From positions 32,488,001 to 32,552,000 of the forward strand of contig OX597819.1 of NCBI GenBank assembly GCA_951406725.2: a DNA stretch of 64,000 nt, in the 5' to 3' direction. The stretch comes from Octopus vulgaris (lineage: Eukaryota). Made by a program: the position numbers and the translations under genes. Positions 36,187 through 50,797 of the stretch are shown piece after piece (position 1 is the first letter of the stretch; the number at the start of each line of letters is the position of its first letter). Under the pieces are notes generated by a model that had not been told where the DNA came from, did not search any database, and saw only the letters and a list, made by a program, of their open reading frames with translations.

Positions 36187-37550
36187 ATACACACGTTGAA
36201 ATACATACACGCATAGAATAAATGAGCGTACATAAATGAAGACTGTGTAATTTCAGTTCAGGAAATTTACTTATTACGAGTGCACAACGACTCAGTAAGT
36301 TATCGGTGCTATGGCTCTATGTTTATGTTAATTAAACGACGAATGTGTCAGAAATATACCTCATACAGAAGGTACGGATATTTCGTAATGACTTCGGCTG
36401 TATAGATATGACACATATCAAGGGTCATTATTTTAAAACTTAGATGTTTGATATGGACTTCCAGTAACGCATGCGCAATGATACACAGTAACCAGCCGGA
36501 ATTAGCTGCGTCATACCTACACATGTGTGCCCCAACGGATTTCTTTCCTCATTACTTTTTGAATAATGGAAGCTTTTTAATGAAATTTTCTATAAATATT
36601 TTTCAGATCGTGTATATTCCGATTATTTTGGAATTTGCTGTGAAATAAAGATTTTAAAATAAAAGAAAAGATAGGAAAAAAAAAAGACATGTTGTGCATC
36701 TGTCTGTATGTGTGTTACTCACCACTTTTTACTGCCATATTAAATTCCGATATAATTGTAATTTACACATCCTGAAAGGTATTTGTCGAAATTTTTATTT
36801 AGAAATACCCATTTTCCCGCAAGTTATGACGAAACAAGACCGACTCGCGTGAAATATCTGAAATGCCTCTCCCCACCTTCTTCAAAACCTTTTTGTTTAT
36901 TTACAACAAATTTCGATATAATTAGGATCTGAAGCAAAATCGTAGAAAATCTAATTCAGAAATATCTAATTTTCTGGAAGTTATGAACAAACAAAATCAG
37001 TGGGGTCCATTTCTGTATATATGACCATTGCTTTAACATAATTAATACTAACATTACATTGCTATTGTATAACTACATATCAGCTTGCTTCGCTTCACTT
37101 CCATTTTGCATGTATCAAAATATAAGTATATAACTGCATATTAGATATAAACAAAAAATATACTTCTTTCGTTCGGTTTGCATGAAAAGGGTGACAATAA
37201 AAAGAATGAGATGAACTCAGATTTTCACTACACGTAAATGTAAATAGGATAACAGTATTTACGATGATATTGTGTTCAGCAACGAATATTAACTGTAGCG
37301 TCGTGTGAGTACACACACATTGTACAATTTATTGCCATCATTTAGGTAGTAATTTTTGATTGCTTTATAAATGCATGTACTTTTGACATAACTGCATTTT
37401 ATCATTTGTTATCCATTCATATTGTGTGTTCTGCCAGCATTCTTCGAAAATGCGTGGCATATGTATGCTTACGCACGTACACTATAGCAATATATGACAC
37501 AATGATATCGAACCAATGCAAAAAATGCTACCTTAAAGATGTTTGCATTA

Positions 37551-37591
<41 letters not shown>

Positions 37592-37674
37592 TAAAAGTGT
37601 TCATATGTATATGTATACACCCACGAACACACACACATGCACACACACACGCGCACACACACACACACACACAT

Positions 37675-37900
37675 TTTTACTTTTAATTTTACTTGTTTCA
37701 GTATTTTAGATTGCGGCCATATTGGGTCACGGCCTTAAATCTTTAGTCGAACGAATTGTCCTCAAGACTTATTTTTTAAAGCCTGGCACTTTTCTGTCGG
37801 TGGCTTTGCCGAACTGCTAAGTTACGGGATCGTAAACACACCAACACCAGTTATCAAGCGATGGGGGAGGTAGACAAATACAGACACAATGACACACACA
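37675..37900 (-). mobile_element. SINE family A, 3' half
   Basis: ttacttgtttcagt...tgcggccat...gctaagttacggg. Confidence 0.7.
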
Positions 37901-38554
37901 TGGATACATATTTACACACACACACACACACACACACATACACACACACAGATACATATATAAGAATGTGAGGGGTTTCGTCCACTGGTGATCTAAACGA
38001 ATAGGTACGCTGTGTAAGTGCTATAATTGGCCATCTGTTAGGTTCCAAATTCTCAGCTGACACTGGAGCTATGGATCCGGGGTAAGCTTCCAAGTTAGCA
38101 GGTATATATTAGAGGGAAAAGAACAACAAAAATCCAGGCAGAACGAGTATCAAGTCATTTAGAATATTCAATTAAAGAGAATTTGATGTAATAAATAAAT
38201 AAATTATTGGATGTCATACAACTGTTTCTGGGATATCCATACACTTGGTATTCATTCAACATGAACGCAACATTCAAAATACTGCCAAAATAATGCCTGA
38301 ATTTACCTGGGATTATACTTAAGGACCTATACCTTCAGGAAAGTACGAACCAACCTCCATACCCTCTCGAAGAAGATGAGCTGTGAGCTTTATTCTCCTG
38401 TCTGTATTGTTCTATCTACTGTTTTACTCTTTATTCTTCTATGTATGTATGTATGTATGTATGTATGTATGTATGTATGTATGTATGTATGTATGTATGT
38501 ATGTATGTATGTATCTATCTATCTATCTATCTATCTATATATATATATATATAT

Positions 38555-38610
<56 letters not shown>

Positions 38611-38617
<7 letters not shown>

Positions 38618-38995
38618 CGAGTTGTTTTAGAAATTTCACTACCAGTGGCCTAGCGTGTATAAAAAGTCAATAGACAACATATCCTCAATATAAAATAGTG
38701 TACACTTATACACAAGAGAAGCTGCCTTCGACATGCAGCTTTACACGCTAAAAGAAGCAGACAAAACGACCAAAACCACATTTAAGAGCACTTTTGAAGG
38801 GAATGAAAGATAAAAACTTTTACCTTGTTATTTTTTTACGGTCATACCTAGGTTTCAAATTTTGTTTAGCAAATATAATAATTTGTTAGGCGAAATTCTC
38901 ATCAGTGACCGCGCCATAACATTAACATATAATAAAGAGAAAAATAGCACGTGTCTCATCGCTATACATTATAATTTTTCAAATTCACCGCGCTA
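38611..38995 (-). mobile_element. Solo PLE pLTR next to (TA)n
   Basis: Shares accagtggcctagc and tagacaa with 12121-12200; contains an intact hammerhead. Confidence 0.75.
38839..38911 (-). ncRNA. Type-I hammerhead ribozyme (best-preserved copy)
   Basis: cgguca-CUGAUGA-gaauu...aauuu-GAAA-CCUAGG-UA-ugaccg: 6-bp stem I, full core, palindromic stem III; cut predicted between 38845 and 38844. Confidence 0.9.
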
Positions 38996-38998
38996 GCG

Positions 38999-39148
38999 CA
39001 GTTTCCGTCTGCCAAATCCACTCTCAAGGCTTTGGTCGGGCCGAGGCTATGGCAGAAGAAACTTGCCCCAAATTCCACTCAATGTTACTGAACCCAGAAC
39101 CATGTGGTTGGGAAGCAAGCGTTTTACCACACAGCCACGCCTACGCCT
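38999..39148 (-). mobile_element. SINE family A, 5' half
   Basis: Reverse complement of the head. Confidence 0.8.
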
Positions 39149-39809
39149 GTGTCTTAATAGAAACTGAAATTTTCCCTTATGACTAGAGTTTCACGCTACA
39201 GCAAACTTTTAGAAAGACCTCTGCAATTTGGTTTTGATATTACATTTATATTATTTATATTGGTGAGGATTTGGTCGCATGCTAATGTTTGATTATTGGT
39301 TTGCGCTTTGCATTTCTGATTGTCTGTTATTCTTCTGTCTCTTCATAGGTTGTTTCTTGATGAAATAATGCTTTTAAAGTTTTATTCATTCTAGATATAT
39401 TAATTTAGCTGAGGTCAGCCATTGGCTAAATCTTCGACTGTATCGTGTTAAAAAGAAACATTGTCGGAGGATTTTTAAAGAGTTTTGTTTGTGAGTGAGT
39501 TTCACAGTGAAACCTTTTAATGGATTTTATATTGTAAAAGATGTTTCATAGTTGGGTGATTTTCGTATCAGTTTTAAAACGTTTTCGAGCTTAAAAGTTT
39601 TATTTCTTGTACTTATGTATGAACGTTTGAAATTCATATGCTTGAATATTTGTGACTGCATCCATGTATGTATGTATGTATGTATGTATGTATGTATGTA
39701 TGTATGTATGTATGTATGTATGTATGTCTTGAAATAAAACAGAATAATGGACATGCATACATACACATATGTAAAGGTGCAGGCGTGGTAAGAAGCTAGC
39801 TTCCGCGCA

Positions 39810-40250
39810 TGCGTTGTCCAGTAGTTGTTGTGTGAATTTGTTGAGAGTCGGACGGTATTTGTTGTGCTGCTTAGAAAATGTATTCAGGCCTTAGCGGGTC
39901 TGAGTTGTCTTCAGCAGAGGAGGAGATGGATGGAGACGACCAGGAATTTTGTTGAGGCCACAGAGATGAAGCGAAGGGAGTTGGACTTGACAAGACTGAA
40001 GGAGTATGACAAGATGGTACAGAAGGTGGGCGGTGACATGAGGTTGTCGCCAACCAAAGGAATTATGGAGCAGATGGAAAGACGATCACCTATAAGGTGT
40101 TCTCGTTAAAAGGAAAAAGGGCCGAGCAGGTGGAAGCTGAAATGGAAAAGGTGCTAAGGGAGCGGTCAAAGGAAATAATATACATAACTAAAGGAAAGAG
40201 ATATGGGACAATGGTCGTCCGATTTAGGACAGTAGAGGATGCGTGGAGGC
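39810..40250 (+). pseudogene. Possible 5' end / ORF1 fragment of a non-LTR retrotransposon
   Basis: Purine-rich frame METTRNFVEATEMKRRELD..., frameshifting into IIYITKGKRYGTMVVRFRTVEDA (RRM-like); cut off by a pLTR. Confidence 0.35.
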
Positions 40251-40877
<627 letters not shown>

Positions 40878-40891
40878 CATACATACATACA

Positions 40892-40927
<36 letters not shown>

Positions 40928-40959
40928 TATATATGTACATACATATATATATATATATT

Positions 40960-41017
<58 letters not shown>

Positions 41018-41599
41018 TATGTGTGTATAGGTTGACTAAGAGAGAAATAATTAAATAGATAATCTATCTATTTAGACACACACACACAATGTCTCGCTCT
41101 CTCGCTTTAAATATATATTTATATATACACATATATATATATATATACATATATACAGAAAGAGAGAGGGGCGAGAGAAAGAGAGGGAGGGAGAGAATGA
41201 GGAGAGAGAGTGTGCCTGTGTATATATGCCGTGTAACTACCTGTGGTATAAATTTGTATTATGGCATGAATAATTGTCTTTGACTAAAACCATCAACGCA
41301 GTAATATCGAAATTGTCTCACTGCAATGAAAAGGATGTGCGTAATACCTTTCACTTTGATGTAGCGATTCACGTTGGATGTGTCCAAACAGAAGGCTGAC
41401 GCACCACATTGATTTTATTGTGATAAACCTTGCTCTAGAAGCTAGTAGAATTCCAAAGCCATGCGCTGAATCCAGGTGTCTGTACGTTGTAGTGATAACT
41501 GCGTAGTTATTAGACAAGCTGGGCCACTATGTGTTAGAGTAACACTCATTACACTAATTCGCGACATTGTTAATGTTGGTGGTATTAGGTCCAGTAAGC

Positions 41600-41827
41600 C
41601 GGCGAGCTGGCAGAAACGTTAGCACGCCGGGCGAAATGCTTAGCGGTATTTCGTCTGCGTTACGTTGTGAGTTCAAATTCCGCCGAGGTCGACTTTGCCT
41701 TTCATCCTTTCGGGGTCGATAAATTAAGTACCAGTTACGCACTGGGGTCGATGTAATCGACTTAATACCTATGTATGTCCTTGTTTGTCCCCTCTGTGTT
41801 TAGCTCCTTGTGGGTGATAAAAAATAG
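41600..41827 (+). mobile_element. SINE family B, full length
   Basis: 13-bp duplication ggtattaggtcca on both sides. Confidence 0.88.
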
Positions 41828-42038
41828 GTATTAGGTCCATATATTAAGAGCAGTGTTGCTCTCGCCGTTGTTGTGGTTGTTGTTTAAGCAGAACTTAGGT
41901 CCCGCGACGATCGTAGCTGCTGTCGTTAAGCTTTTGGCCAGCGCTGCTCAGGCATACCTATAATGAACCGCAAACATCCCGTTCTTTTAGAGATAACTAT
42001 GAATACACAGTGTAACGGGCTTTGATCATACATACAAT

Positions 42039-42136
42039 ATCACACATACACACACATACATACACTATCACACATACACACACATACATACACTATCACA
42101 CATACACACACATACATACACTATCACACATACACA
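42039..42136. repeat. 28-bp minisatellite, ~3.5 copies
   Basis: Unit tatcacacatacacacacatacatacac. Confidence 0.8.
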
Positions 42137-42143
42137 GACTCAT

Positions 42144-42500
42144 TACTCTTTTACTCTTTTACATATTTTAACCGTTTTGACTGCAGACATGCTGGAACAT
42201 CACCTTCAAGGGTTTTAGTCGAAGAAATCGCCCCCAGGACCTATTCTTTGTAAGCCTAGTTTACGGGGACGTAAACACACCAACATCGGTTGTCAAATGA
42301 TAGTGGGGAGACAAACACACACACACACACACACACATATATATTCGACGAGCTACTTTCAACTTCCATCTACCAAATCCACTCAAAAGGCTTTGGTTGG
42401 TCTGAGGCTATAGTAGAAGATACTTGCCGAAGGTGCCACGTAGTGGGACTGAACCACCCGGAACCATGTGGTTGGAAAGCAAGCTTCTTACCACACAGTC
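42144..42500 (-). mobile_element. SINE family A
   Basis: Reverse complement, tail to head. Confidence 0.8.
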
Positions 42501-43254
42501 ATGACAGTACTTATATATATATATTACACACACACACACACGTATATGTGTATGTATGTATAAATGTATTAGGCAGGAGGGGTGATCTAAGAGCAAGTTG
42601 CTGCTATTTCTAGTGGACATTGCTACCAAGTAGAGGCTACTTCATTGGTTCATCTGTGCTATTGTTATATAATTAGGGGTCCTGATCAAAGGTGCACCAT
42701 GTCGTGGTGCAATGAGTAAATATAAAACATCTATTTCATTATTTTTGTTTTATTATTTAACAATTGCCATTCTTGATCAGCTTATAATAATGTGAAACTG
42801 AATATGTACCAACGGCATTAATGATGTAAGCTTTTGTGTAATATCTGAGACATAGAATAATTTGAATGAGCCAATTATAAAAAAATTCAATTGAATTTTG
42901 TTCTTTTACATAAGGTTTTCCTACCCCTGAGTACTGAACATATCGTGTTGTCAGCGATCGGAAACGTCTTAACGTGGTCAATAGTGAAGTGTACAATGCA
43001 AATTATAGGTATGTGTGTTATGTGATAGATAGCAGGTTATCAGTAGCATTGACTATGTTGAATAAATGGCTCTGTGCCTACAGGACAACGTACGTGATTC
43101 ATTTTTCATGTAAAGATAGGAGAGAAAAAGAAACGACTGAAAGAAACAAAGTTTATCCACCACAAATTCGGAAAAAAAATGTGTATAACGAAACCATAGA
43201 TTTACTTAAAATGATGAAGTTATATTCTTTTACAAAATCTTTTCCTGTATATTA

Positions 43255-44450
43255 GAAAGATATTCTTGCAAACATTTGTAATAATTCATCATATTTACGT
43301 TTCATTTCCTTTGGCGTCATCCTTCTGCAGTTTTGATATTCTGATGGAAACATTTCTTCGATAGCCTGAAAATAGGTAAGGATGAGAATAAAAAATGAAC
43401 AAATATTCAGGTTGGCAAATATTCTTTTCTACTCCAGGCAAAAAAAATTTGGGGAGAGGGGGGGCTGTCGATTAGATCCATCTCAGTACCCAACTGGTAC
43501 TTAAAGTATCGACTCCGAAAGGATGAAAGGCAAAGTCGGCCTCAGCGGAATTTGAATTCAGAACATTCAGACGAAATACAACTAATCATTTCGCCCGGAG
43601 TGCTAACGTTTCTTATTTCTTTATTACCCACAAGGGGCTAAACATAGAGGGGACAAACAGGGACAGACAAAGGGATTAAGTCGATTACATCGACCCCAGT
43701 GCGTAACTGGTACTTAATTTATCGACCTCGAAAGAATGAAAAGCAAAGTCGACCTCGGCGGAATTTGAACTCAGAATGTAGCAGCAGATGAAATTCTGCT
43801 AAGCATTTCGGCCGCGTGCTACCGTTTCTGCCAGCTCGCCGCCTTCAGGTTAGTTAATATTACAAACCCAGACAATCCTTTTGAAGCATATGTCTCTTTC
43901 ACAGTTTCATATCGTTTGTACCTACCCTAAATGGTTTTCGTACAATTTCTAAAACCAAACGACGCTTCATTTTCCTCTTTGGTGATTGTGAGTAAAATTT
44001 TATCTGGCAATGACGTGTTTAGTTGATGACCTATAAATACGTCTTCCTTTAGTTTCTTGTGGAAGAAATTAGAATATTTGGGAGAAATGCATTTGAAGCA
44101 ATTACCGTATTTATTCCGTCCTTTGACATATCACTTTCCCCAGACAAATACAATATGCAAAAGTGGAAGGACCACTGTACTTGATTCACTTCAGTTTATT
44201 ATTTTCATAAAATGCTTTTCGATCTAGTTGTAAGTTTCTTTCTGAGAAGCCAGTCCTTTTATGAGCCAATGATAGTCACATTGTTTTACTCATAGTTTTG
44301 TTATTGTTAATCAGTTAACATCCAAATTTCTTTGAAAATCCTACACAATATTCATCGTACTTGTCAAATTTATTTTCTAAAAGCAATTTGGAGGTTTCAT
44401 AAGTTTCGTTTAAATAAACAGAATGAGCGAGGAGAATTAAAACTGTATTC
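43255..44450 (-). pseudogene. Decayed Chapaev3-like (CMC) transposase split by SINE B
   Basis: VLPLLHIVFVWGK*YVKGRNKYGNCFK...KLKEDVFIGHQL and CFHQNIKTAEG*RQRK*NVNMMNYY resemble the recalled motifs LPPLHIKLGLMKQFVK...KEGIFVGPQI and RFHQDIK.ME.RYQG.W..NMMADY. Confidence 0.65.
43424..43845 (-). mobile_element. Two tandem SINE family B copies
   Basis: Two B cores; flanking duplication ttcaggttggcaaatatt / ttcaggttagttaatatt. Confidence 0.85.
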
Positions 44451-45235
44451 TGTAATCAACCAATATTCAACACCTACCTTTCACAGCAATCTCGTAATAC
44501 CCTTCTAAATTACTATGGTACCCCTATTATATAAAAAAAAGCAAAACACTGCACAAACTCTTTGAAGCTACGAAAATTATTTTGGTTTCTTGGAAAATTC
44601 AAATCCTTGCCTAAACTGTTCAGTTCAGTTTGTGTTAATGGATAATTCACTCAATTTTATTCTTCCACCTATCTTCCAATATGACTGTCTGAATTTAATT
44701 CTGTATCTGAATTATAAGGCTGTCAGGCGATAGAAACAAAAATAATCTGATCAGGGTGATGTATCTGGTTACTAATGAAGATTTCTATTTCTTTTTCTTC
44801 TTAACATTGTAACTCTGAAGATATTTTAAGTAGAAAATGCAATCGCTGATATGAGTTTAAACCTCACCTATTATCATACGGATTCTAGTAGCTATATATT
44901 TTAAAAATGTTTACTGTAATTCAAACTTCTCAACGCTGCAGTAGATATATGACTAACCATACGTGAAGTAGACCGACTTTTTTCCTTGATTCCGAATTTC
45001 ATTGCGAAGTAAATATGATAAACTCTCATAACAATATCTGGTGTATCTCTCCATGGCTTTTGGGGAAAAGCAAAAAACAAAACCAGAATATAAAAAAAGC
45101 ATACAACACTGAGTACAAAATTCCTGCGCTATTGACGCAGCGGCTGGAAGCCATTAGTTGAACAGTAAAGCGAATTTATGATTTATATATCAGAGAATAC
45201 TTGAAAAATAAGTAAAAACCTCCAAACAATGTAAA

Positions 45236-45800
45236 TTATAAATTATATTATTCAAAATGTATGGTTTTTAAGTTCAAAACATATTTATTAAACAGCTTTT
45301 TGTACATGTTGTCAGTAAATGGGACAAGTATTCAAAAAAGTTTAAGATATTACAAAAGAAAAAAAAAAGAAAAAAATGTTAGGTACTACTAATAGTTTCC
45401 AAAGTGCTGGTGATAAAAAAAAAGCCATAGTTTTTGAGTTTGGCATGGCATACCAAATACATTTCGAATCACAGAATAAAAATGAATAAAAACAACAAAT
45501 GAAATACGATGTAGTCCTTTATAATTTATATTATTCAAAATGTATGGTATTTAAGTTCAAAATATATTTATTAAATAACTTTTTGTACATGTCAGTTAAT
45601 GGGAGTAAATGTTCAAAGAAGGTCTAAAATATAATACAAAACACCCCTCAAAAACGATAAAATAAGTTTCTGTTAATGGCTTCAAAACTGTGGGTGATAA
45701 GAAAAAAATATTATATAATTTTTTAATCTGCCTTACTAAATACTTTTCGAATCACCTAATAAAAAATAAGTCAAAATATATCAAATATGAAGTAGTTCTG
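45236..45800. repeat. Tandem duplication, ~282-bp unit
   Basis: ttatattattcaaaatgtatgg.tttaagttcaaaa at ~45243 and ~45526, with matching downstream sequence. Confidence 0.8.
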
Positions 45801-46320
45801 TGTGGCCAATAAGTATTTTCTACAGACAACGCTAAATAACTGTATGCAAAAGCTTACGTAAAAGCAACATAAGGTGAAACAGAAAGTAAACTAGTTCGAG
45901 TAGGTAAAACACTACATCATACAAACTATTTATATAGCAGAGGCCATTCAACGACCGACATATCAATGTTTAAACTGGCGCAAAGCCATAACTTTCAAAA
46001 GGAAAGAAAACAGATTCCTAATAAAGGGAGATTACTAAATGTAATCCAATGGTTTGACCATTTCCAGTGAATAATATATTGGCTGTTGTTTAATACAAGG
46101 TCAGCTTTGATGAGAAAGATGTATGATCAAAAGTATTCCAGCGGTGGCCATCCCGTACTTTCATTATCCAGTGTACCATTTCTTTTGTATAAGTGTCGGG
46201 GAGTAACCTGAAGGAGATTTGACTGCTATTATTTTTCCAGTAGATTTAACGTTGTCGAAACGTAACCGTCTCAAGGTTACACAGCTGAGGTATAGTTGAT
46301 TACTAAATTTGATACACACA

Positions 46321-46535
46321 ATATTCTTTTCTACTCTAGGTACAAGGCCCGAAATTTTGGAGGAGGAGGTCAGTAGATTACATCGATCCCCGTACGAAAT
46401 TGGTACTTGATTTATCGACCCCGAAAGGATGAAAGGCAAATTCGCTCGGCGGAATTTTAACTCAAAACGTAAAATTAGACGAAATACTGCTAGCATTTCG
46501 CCCGTCGTGCTAACGTCTCTGTCACCTCGCCGCCG
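46321..46535 (-). mobile_element. SINE family B
   Basis: tcgaccccgaaaggatgaaaggcaaa. Confidence 0.8.
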
Positions 46536-47161
46536 TTGATATACACTCTATTGTTTCCGGCTGGATGATTAACAAAATTGACCTCATAGTATTAAGGGAT
46601 GTAAGATGTTCAATCCAACGCTGAAACATTTTTGACACACCATTGTTCCATTATATAAAATACAACGCTCAAGCTAACAGGGAAAGCCTCAATGCAGCCT
46701 CTCAGTCTGCAAGAAATAGTAGGTAAATCTTCCTCGTAACTCATACTGCCTTTAAAGTAAAAGGGCTACAAGGATAATGTTCAATCCACTATTTGAATAA
46801 AAGGCATGATAGCCATGGCTGGAACGACATCAATCATCGGACTGTTTGACCACTGTTGAGCTGAGGCTAAATAATAAATTTATTATAAATAAGGATAAGA
46901 TCGATATTTAAAATACCGATCGCATCAGATGACTAGCATAGGAATAAAAAGCTTTCAAAGGTAATAAATATTTAAAATTATAATTTAGGGTACCTGAGAG
47001 ATACCTCCACGCTGGAAATAGCAGTCAAAACTTTACTCTAAAACCACATTAAATAGTCATACAACACCAGGAGAGAAGACAAAGAGACAAAATAAACTAG
47101 CAAAAAATTACTGGATAATTTCATTGCCTTCATCAGTGGAATAATTTACATTACTATACAT

Positions 47162-47545
47162 AGCGTAGGCGTGGCTGTGTGGTAAGAAGCTTGCTTCCAA
47201 ACCACATGGTTCGAGGATCAGACATACTGCATGGCACCTTGGGCAAGTGTCTTCTACTATAGCTTCGGGCCGACCAAAACCTTCTGAGCGGATTTGGTAG
47301 ACGGAAACTGAAAGAAGCCCGTTATGTATATATATATATATGTGCGTGTGTGTGTGTGTGTATGTTGGTACCTGTGTTTGTTTCTCCTCCCCCCCCCCGA
47401 TATTGGTTGGTCTACGTCCCCGTAACTTAGCGGCTCGGCAATATAAGTATTGGGGGGGGGGTCGAGACATTTGACAAAAAATACTTCATGGTGGTGCCCC
47501 AGCTTGTTGGCCGCAGTCTAATAAGTGAGACAAGTAAAAGAAGAG
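47162..47545 (+). mobile_element. SINE family A
   Basis: Head, CORE-like box and tail. Confidence 0.8.
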
Positions 47546-48126
47546 AATATTTGTTAAAGTTACATAGCACGACAAACGCATGTACATACACACACCTGCA
47601 CACACCTCCACACACACACATGCACATATATAAACCAGCAGTTTTGTAACTCATCAACAGAAGTCGTACCCACCAAAAGTGGAATTTCCATTCTCCTCTT
47701 TTTTTTTTAATGAGAAACAAAAAGAGTGTGCATCCATATAATTCTTCTTTGTTTGTCATGTTGCCGGAGAAGTATTTTTGAATTTTAAAACCCATTTTAA
47801 TTTTCATTGAGTTGGGAAAGCGGTGAGCTAGAAGACTCGTTAACGTACCGGACAAAACGCTTAGCAGCGTTTCCGATCCCAAATTCTCCCGAAAGCGACT
47901 TTGCCTTTCATCCCTTTCACGGTCGATAAAACAATTACCAGTCGAGCCCTGGGGTAGGGGTCTATATAATCGACTTGCCTCCAAATTTCAAATTTGTGTC
48001 TAAATCAAAAAGAATCTTATTAATCTTGACAAAAGGGTGGGGTGGGGGTCGTTTGGGCGCTGCAGCCATGCGGCGTAACTAGGGCGCGGAAGCCTGGTGG
48101 AGCTCATCCCTCTCCAGGCTAAACTT

Positions 48127-48420
48127 ATTTCTACAGCTGAGTAGCCTGGAGCAGCGTGAATAAAGCGTTTTGCTCAAGAACACAACGGATTGCCCGGTCT
48201 AGGGATCGAAACCACAATTTTACTGCCGTGAATCTAACACCCTAACCACTCAGCGACGCGCCTCCGGTAGTGGTACTCAGTTCTACAGCTGAGTGGACTG
48301 AGGCAACGCGAAGTGAAGTGTTTTGCTCAAGAGCACGACTCATTGTCCGGTCCGGGAATCGAAACCACAATCTTACGATCGGGAATCCAACACCCTAACC
48401 ATTAAGCCATACGCCTCCAC
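48127..48420 (-). mobile_element. Two tandem heads of tRNA-SINE family C
   Basis: tctacagctgagt...ttgctcaaga...atcgaaaccac...ccctaacca occurs twice. Confidence 0.7.
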
Positions 48421-49023
48421 TGACAATTTACTTAACTCTAAGAAATACTCTTTTACACGATAGATTACCTGCATAGCCAGTAGTAAAGGTATGCACTCCT
48501 ATACGCACTCAAAAATTTTAGCTGTCGTTACAAATATAACACATGCCACGTATTGCAGTTTAAACGACAGATTACAACTGTGCTTAGTAGAATTAAATAA
48601 GATATTATTTAAAACACTTTTAGCTACTCGACAGATGATATGTAACTTGAAGTAAAGTAACATGCTGCTTTGCTATGCATATGTTTATTACATTGTAATT
48701 ACAGCGAATTGCCTGCTACTGTTTCGTAATCACCACTAATATGTTAAACTAATTTAGAAATACAATGAAGCGCAATCAATACTCAACAACATGCTTGTGT
48801 TGAGCAATCTCATTTTTCAGCGCCACAGTTAGTCTTTATAAAAACAATTGTACATTACGTCAAAACATTCTGTTTCACTATTTCTGTATTTCTTCCCTTC
48901 TCCCCCCACCACCACCACCATAACTGTGCAGAATAATAAAAACAACAAAAAAAAACAAGAAAGAAAATGAACATATCCAACCATAAATTCAAAACTCATT
49001 TCAACTGAGAAATTATGAATATC

Positions 49024-49037
49024 TTAGTAGTAGTAGC

Positions 49038-49094
<57 letters not shown>

Positions 49095-49107
49095 GGTGGT
49101 AGTGGTG

Positions 49108-49154
<47 letters not shown>

Positions 49155-49194
49155 GGTGGTAGTGGTGGTGGTGGTGGTAGTAGTAGTAGTAGTG

Positions 49195-49239
<45 letters not shown>

Positions 49240-49242
49240 ATG

Positions 49243-49290
<48 letters not shown>

Positions 49291-49331
49291 ATGGTGGTAG
49301 TAGTAGTAGGGGTAGTAGTAGTAGTAGTAGT
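49024..49331. repeat. (GTA)/(GTG) trinucleotide array
   Basis: Read directly. Confidence 0.95.
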
Positions 49332-49659
49332 TATTGCTATTGTTTGACTGATGTATTACAAATGGGTGCGCTGCATCTGCTCGGTTTAGCCGAGAAAAAA
49401 GATATCCATCTTTACCCAGCAAATCTGAGAAAGTAACGGTAAGTAATGGATTGTGAGAGTAGAAAGATACTGGGGCAGATAATTTGATCTGAGATGGAAA
49501 AGGGGAAAATAAAATGTCTTGTGGCATTTCGTTGAACCTTTTATGTTCTCTCTAGGCAAGTCAATCTCGCCAAGAACTGGGGATGGTAAAACCAAGTAGC
49601 TGTCGATTGTTCGCCACTGAAGTCTATGTGGTCATCGATATTAATGAATATATCAGATA

Positions 49660-50059
49660 CTAGCAGTATCGCCCGGCGTTGCTCGGGTTTGTAAGGGAAA
49701 TAACTATATAAGCATTTTTAGAGAGTTATAGCCAAAAAAATAGCAAAAAAAATGCATTAAAAATGGAAAAAAATGATGGTAAATATTTTTTAAAATCGTT
49801 GACTCATCGTAGACATTTTTAGAGAGTTACTTCCCTTATATAATAGCGAAAAAATGCATTAAAAGGGGAAAAAATGATGGTCATTCTTTTTTTTAAATCG
49901 TAGACTCATCGTAGACGCGCGTTAATACCCAGAAGGGCTCGATATGAATCACGACTATAAGATACCCGGTTTTGGTTAAACTGCACCGCAAAATGTGGGA
50001 GTAGTTAGGAATCTAAATCGTAGGAGACAGACACACAACTTGACTTTTATATATAAAGA
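49660..50059 (-). mobile_element. Complete non-autonomous Helitron
   Basis: Minus strand A|TCtttatatataaaag ... hairpin cccgagcaacgccggg ... CTAG|T; A/T insertion site, no TSD. Confidence 0.8.
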
Positions 50060-50165
50060 TTATGTCTACCACCTTATAAACAGACACGTTTATGAGGATA
50101 TAAGAAAAAAAGTATAACAGGTGTTGAGTGCTGTGCCTGCCTGCTGAATATCTAATTGACGATCT

Positions 50166-50376
50166 GGCGAGCTGGCAGAACCGTTAGCACGCCGGGCGAA
50201 ATGCGTAGCCGTATTTCGTCTGCCGTTACGTTCTGAGTTCAAATTCCGCCGAGGTTGACTTTGCCTTTCATCCTTTCGGGGTCGATAAATTAAGTACCAG
50301 TTACGCACTGGGGTCGATGCAATCGACTTAATCCATTTGTCTGTCCTTGTTTGTCCCCTCTTGTGGGTAGTAAATA
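50166..50376 (+). mobile_element. SINE family B
   Basis: 14-bp duplication aatatctaattgac on both sides. Confidence 0.88.
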
Positions 50377-50797
50377 AATATCTAATTGACAATCTTCGAC
50401 ACCGACAACATGCAGAAGCGGGCTAGCAGTCTCTTTTGCTCTACACCACGCAAATATATTTATAGGTGTAATCAAACAGCTAGACTGTAATAAATGGGGT
50501 GTACACAATATCGGGTGACAAACTTGAACCCCTGCACATCTGAATCAAAGAGTACTTCCTTGTATATATCTTATCAATAAAAAATATATAAATAGATAAA
50601 TAAATAAAATAAAATAAAACAGTCGAATAAAAGTCATGGGGAGAATATCATTATCGCAATCAGAGTTACAGTGATATATCGGTAGCATACAAATTAAGGA
50701 GGTTACCTTCATTAGTCTAAATCCTCTCTCAATACCCTACAAGAACTGCATGAAGCTCATTGATTACTTTAGCCATACAACCTCACGATAATATGCT

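Noticed and set aside
38205-38345. Hammerhead remnant (GAAA-caguug-UA on the minus strand)
   Set aside because: Only CUGAAGG upstream and stem I does not pair; half motif at best
42039-42136. CRISPR-like array
   Set aside because: Direct tandem minisatellite without unique spacers, in eukaryotic DNA
43200-43366. Apparent minus-strand exons (ttttcag-AIEEMFPSEY...-gtaaat)
   Set aside because: Another frame matches the transposase C-terminus (CFHQNIKT), and no continuing exon chain was found
47108-47142. CUGAUGA-aggcaau-GAAA on the minus strand
   Set aside because: Stem II and stem I do not pair
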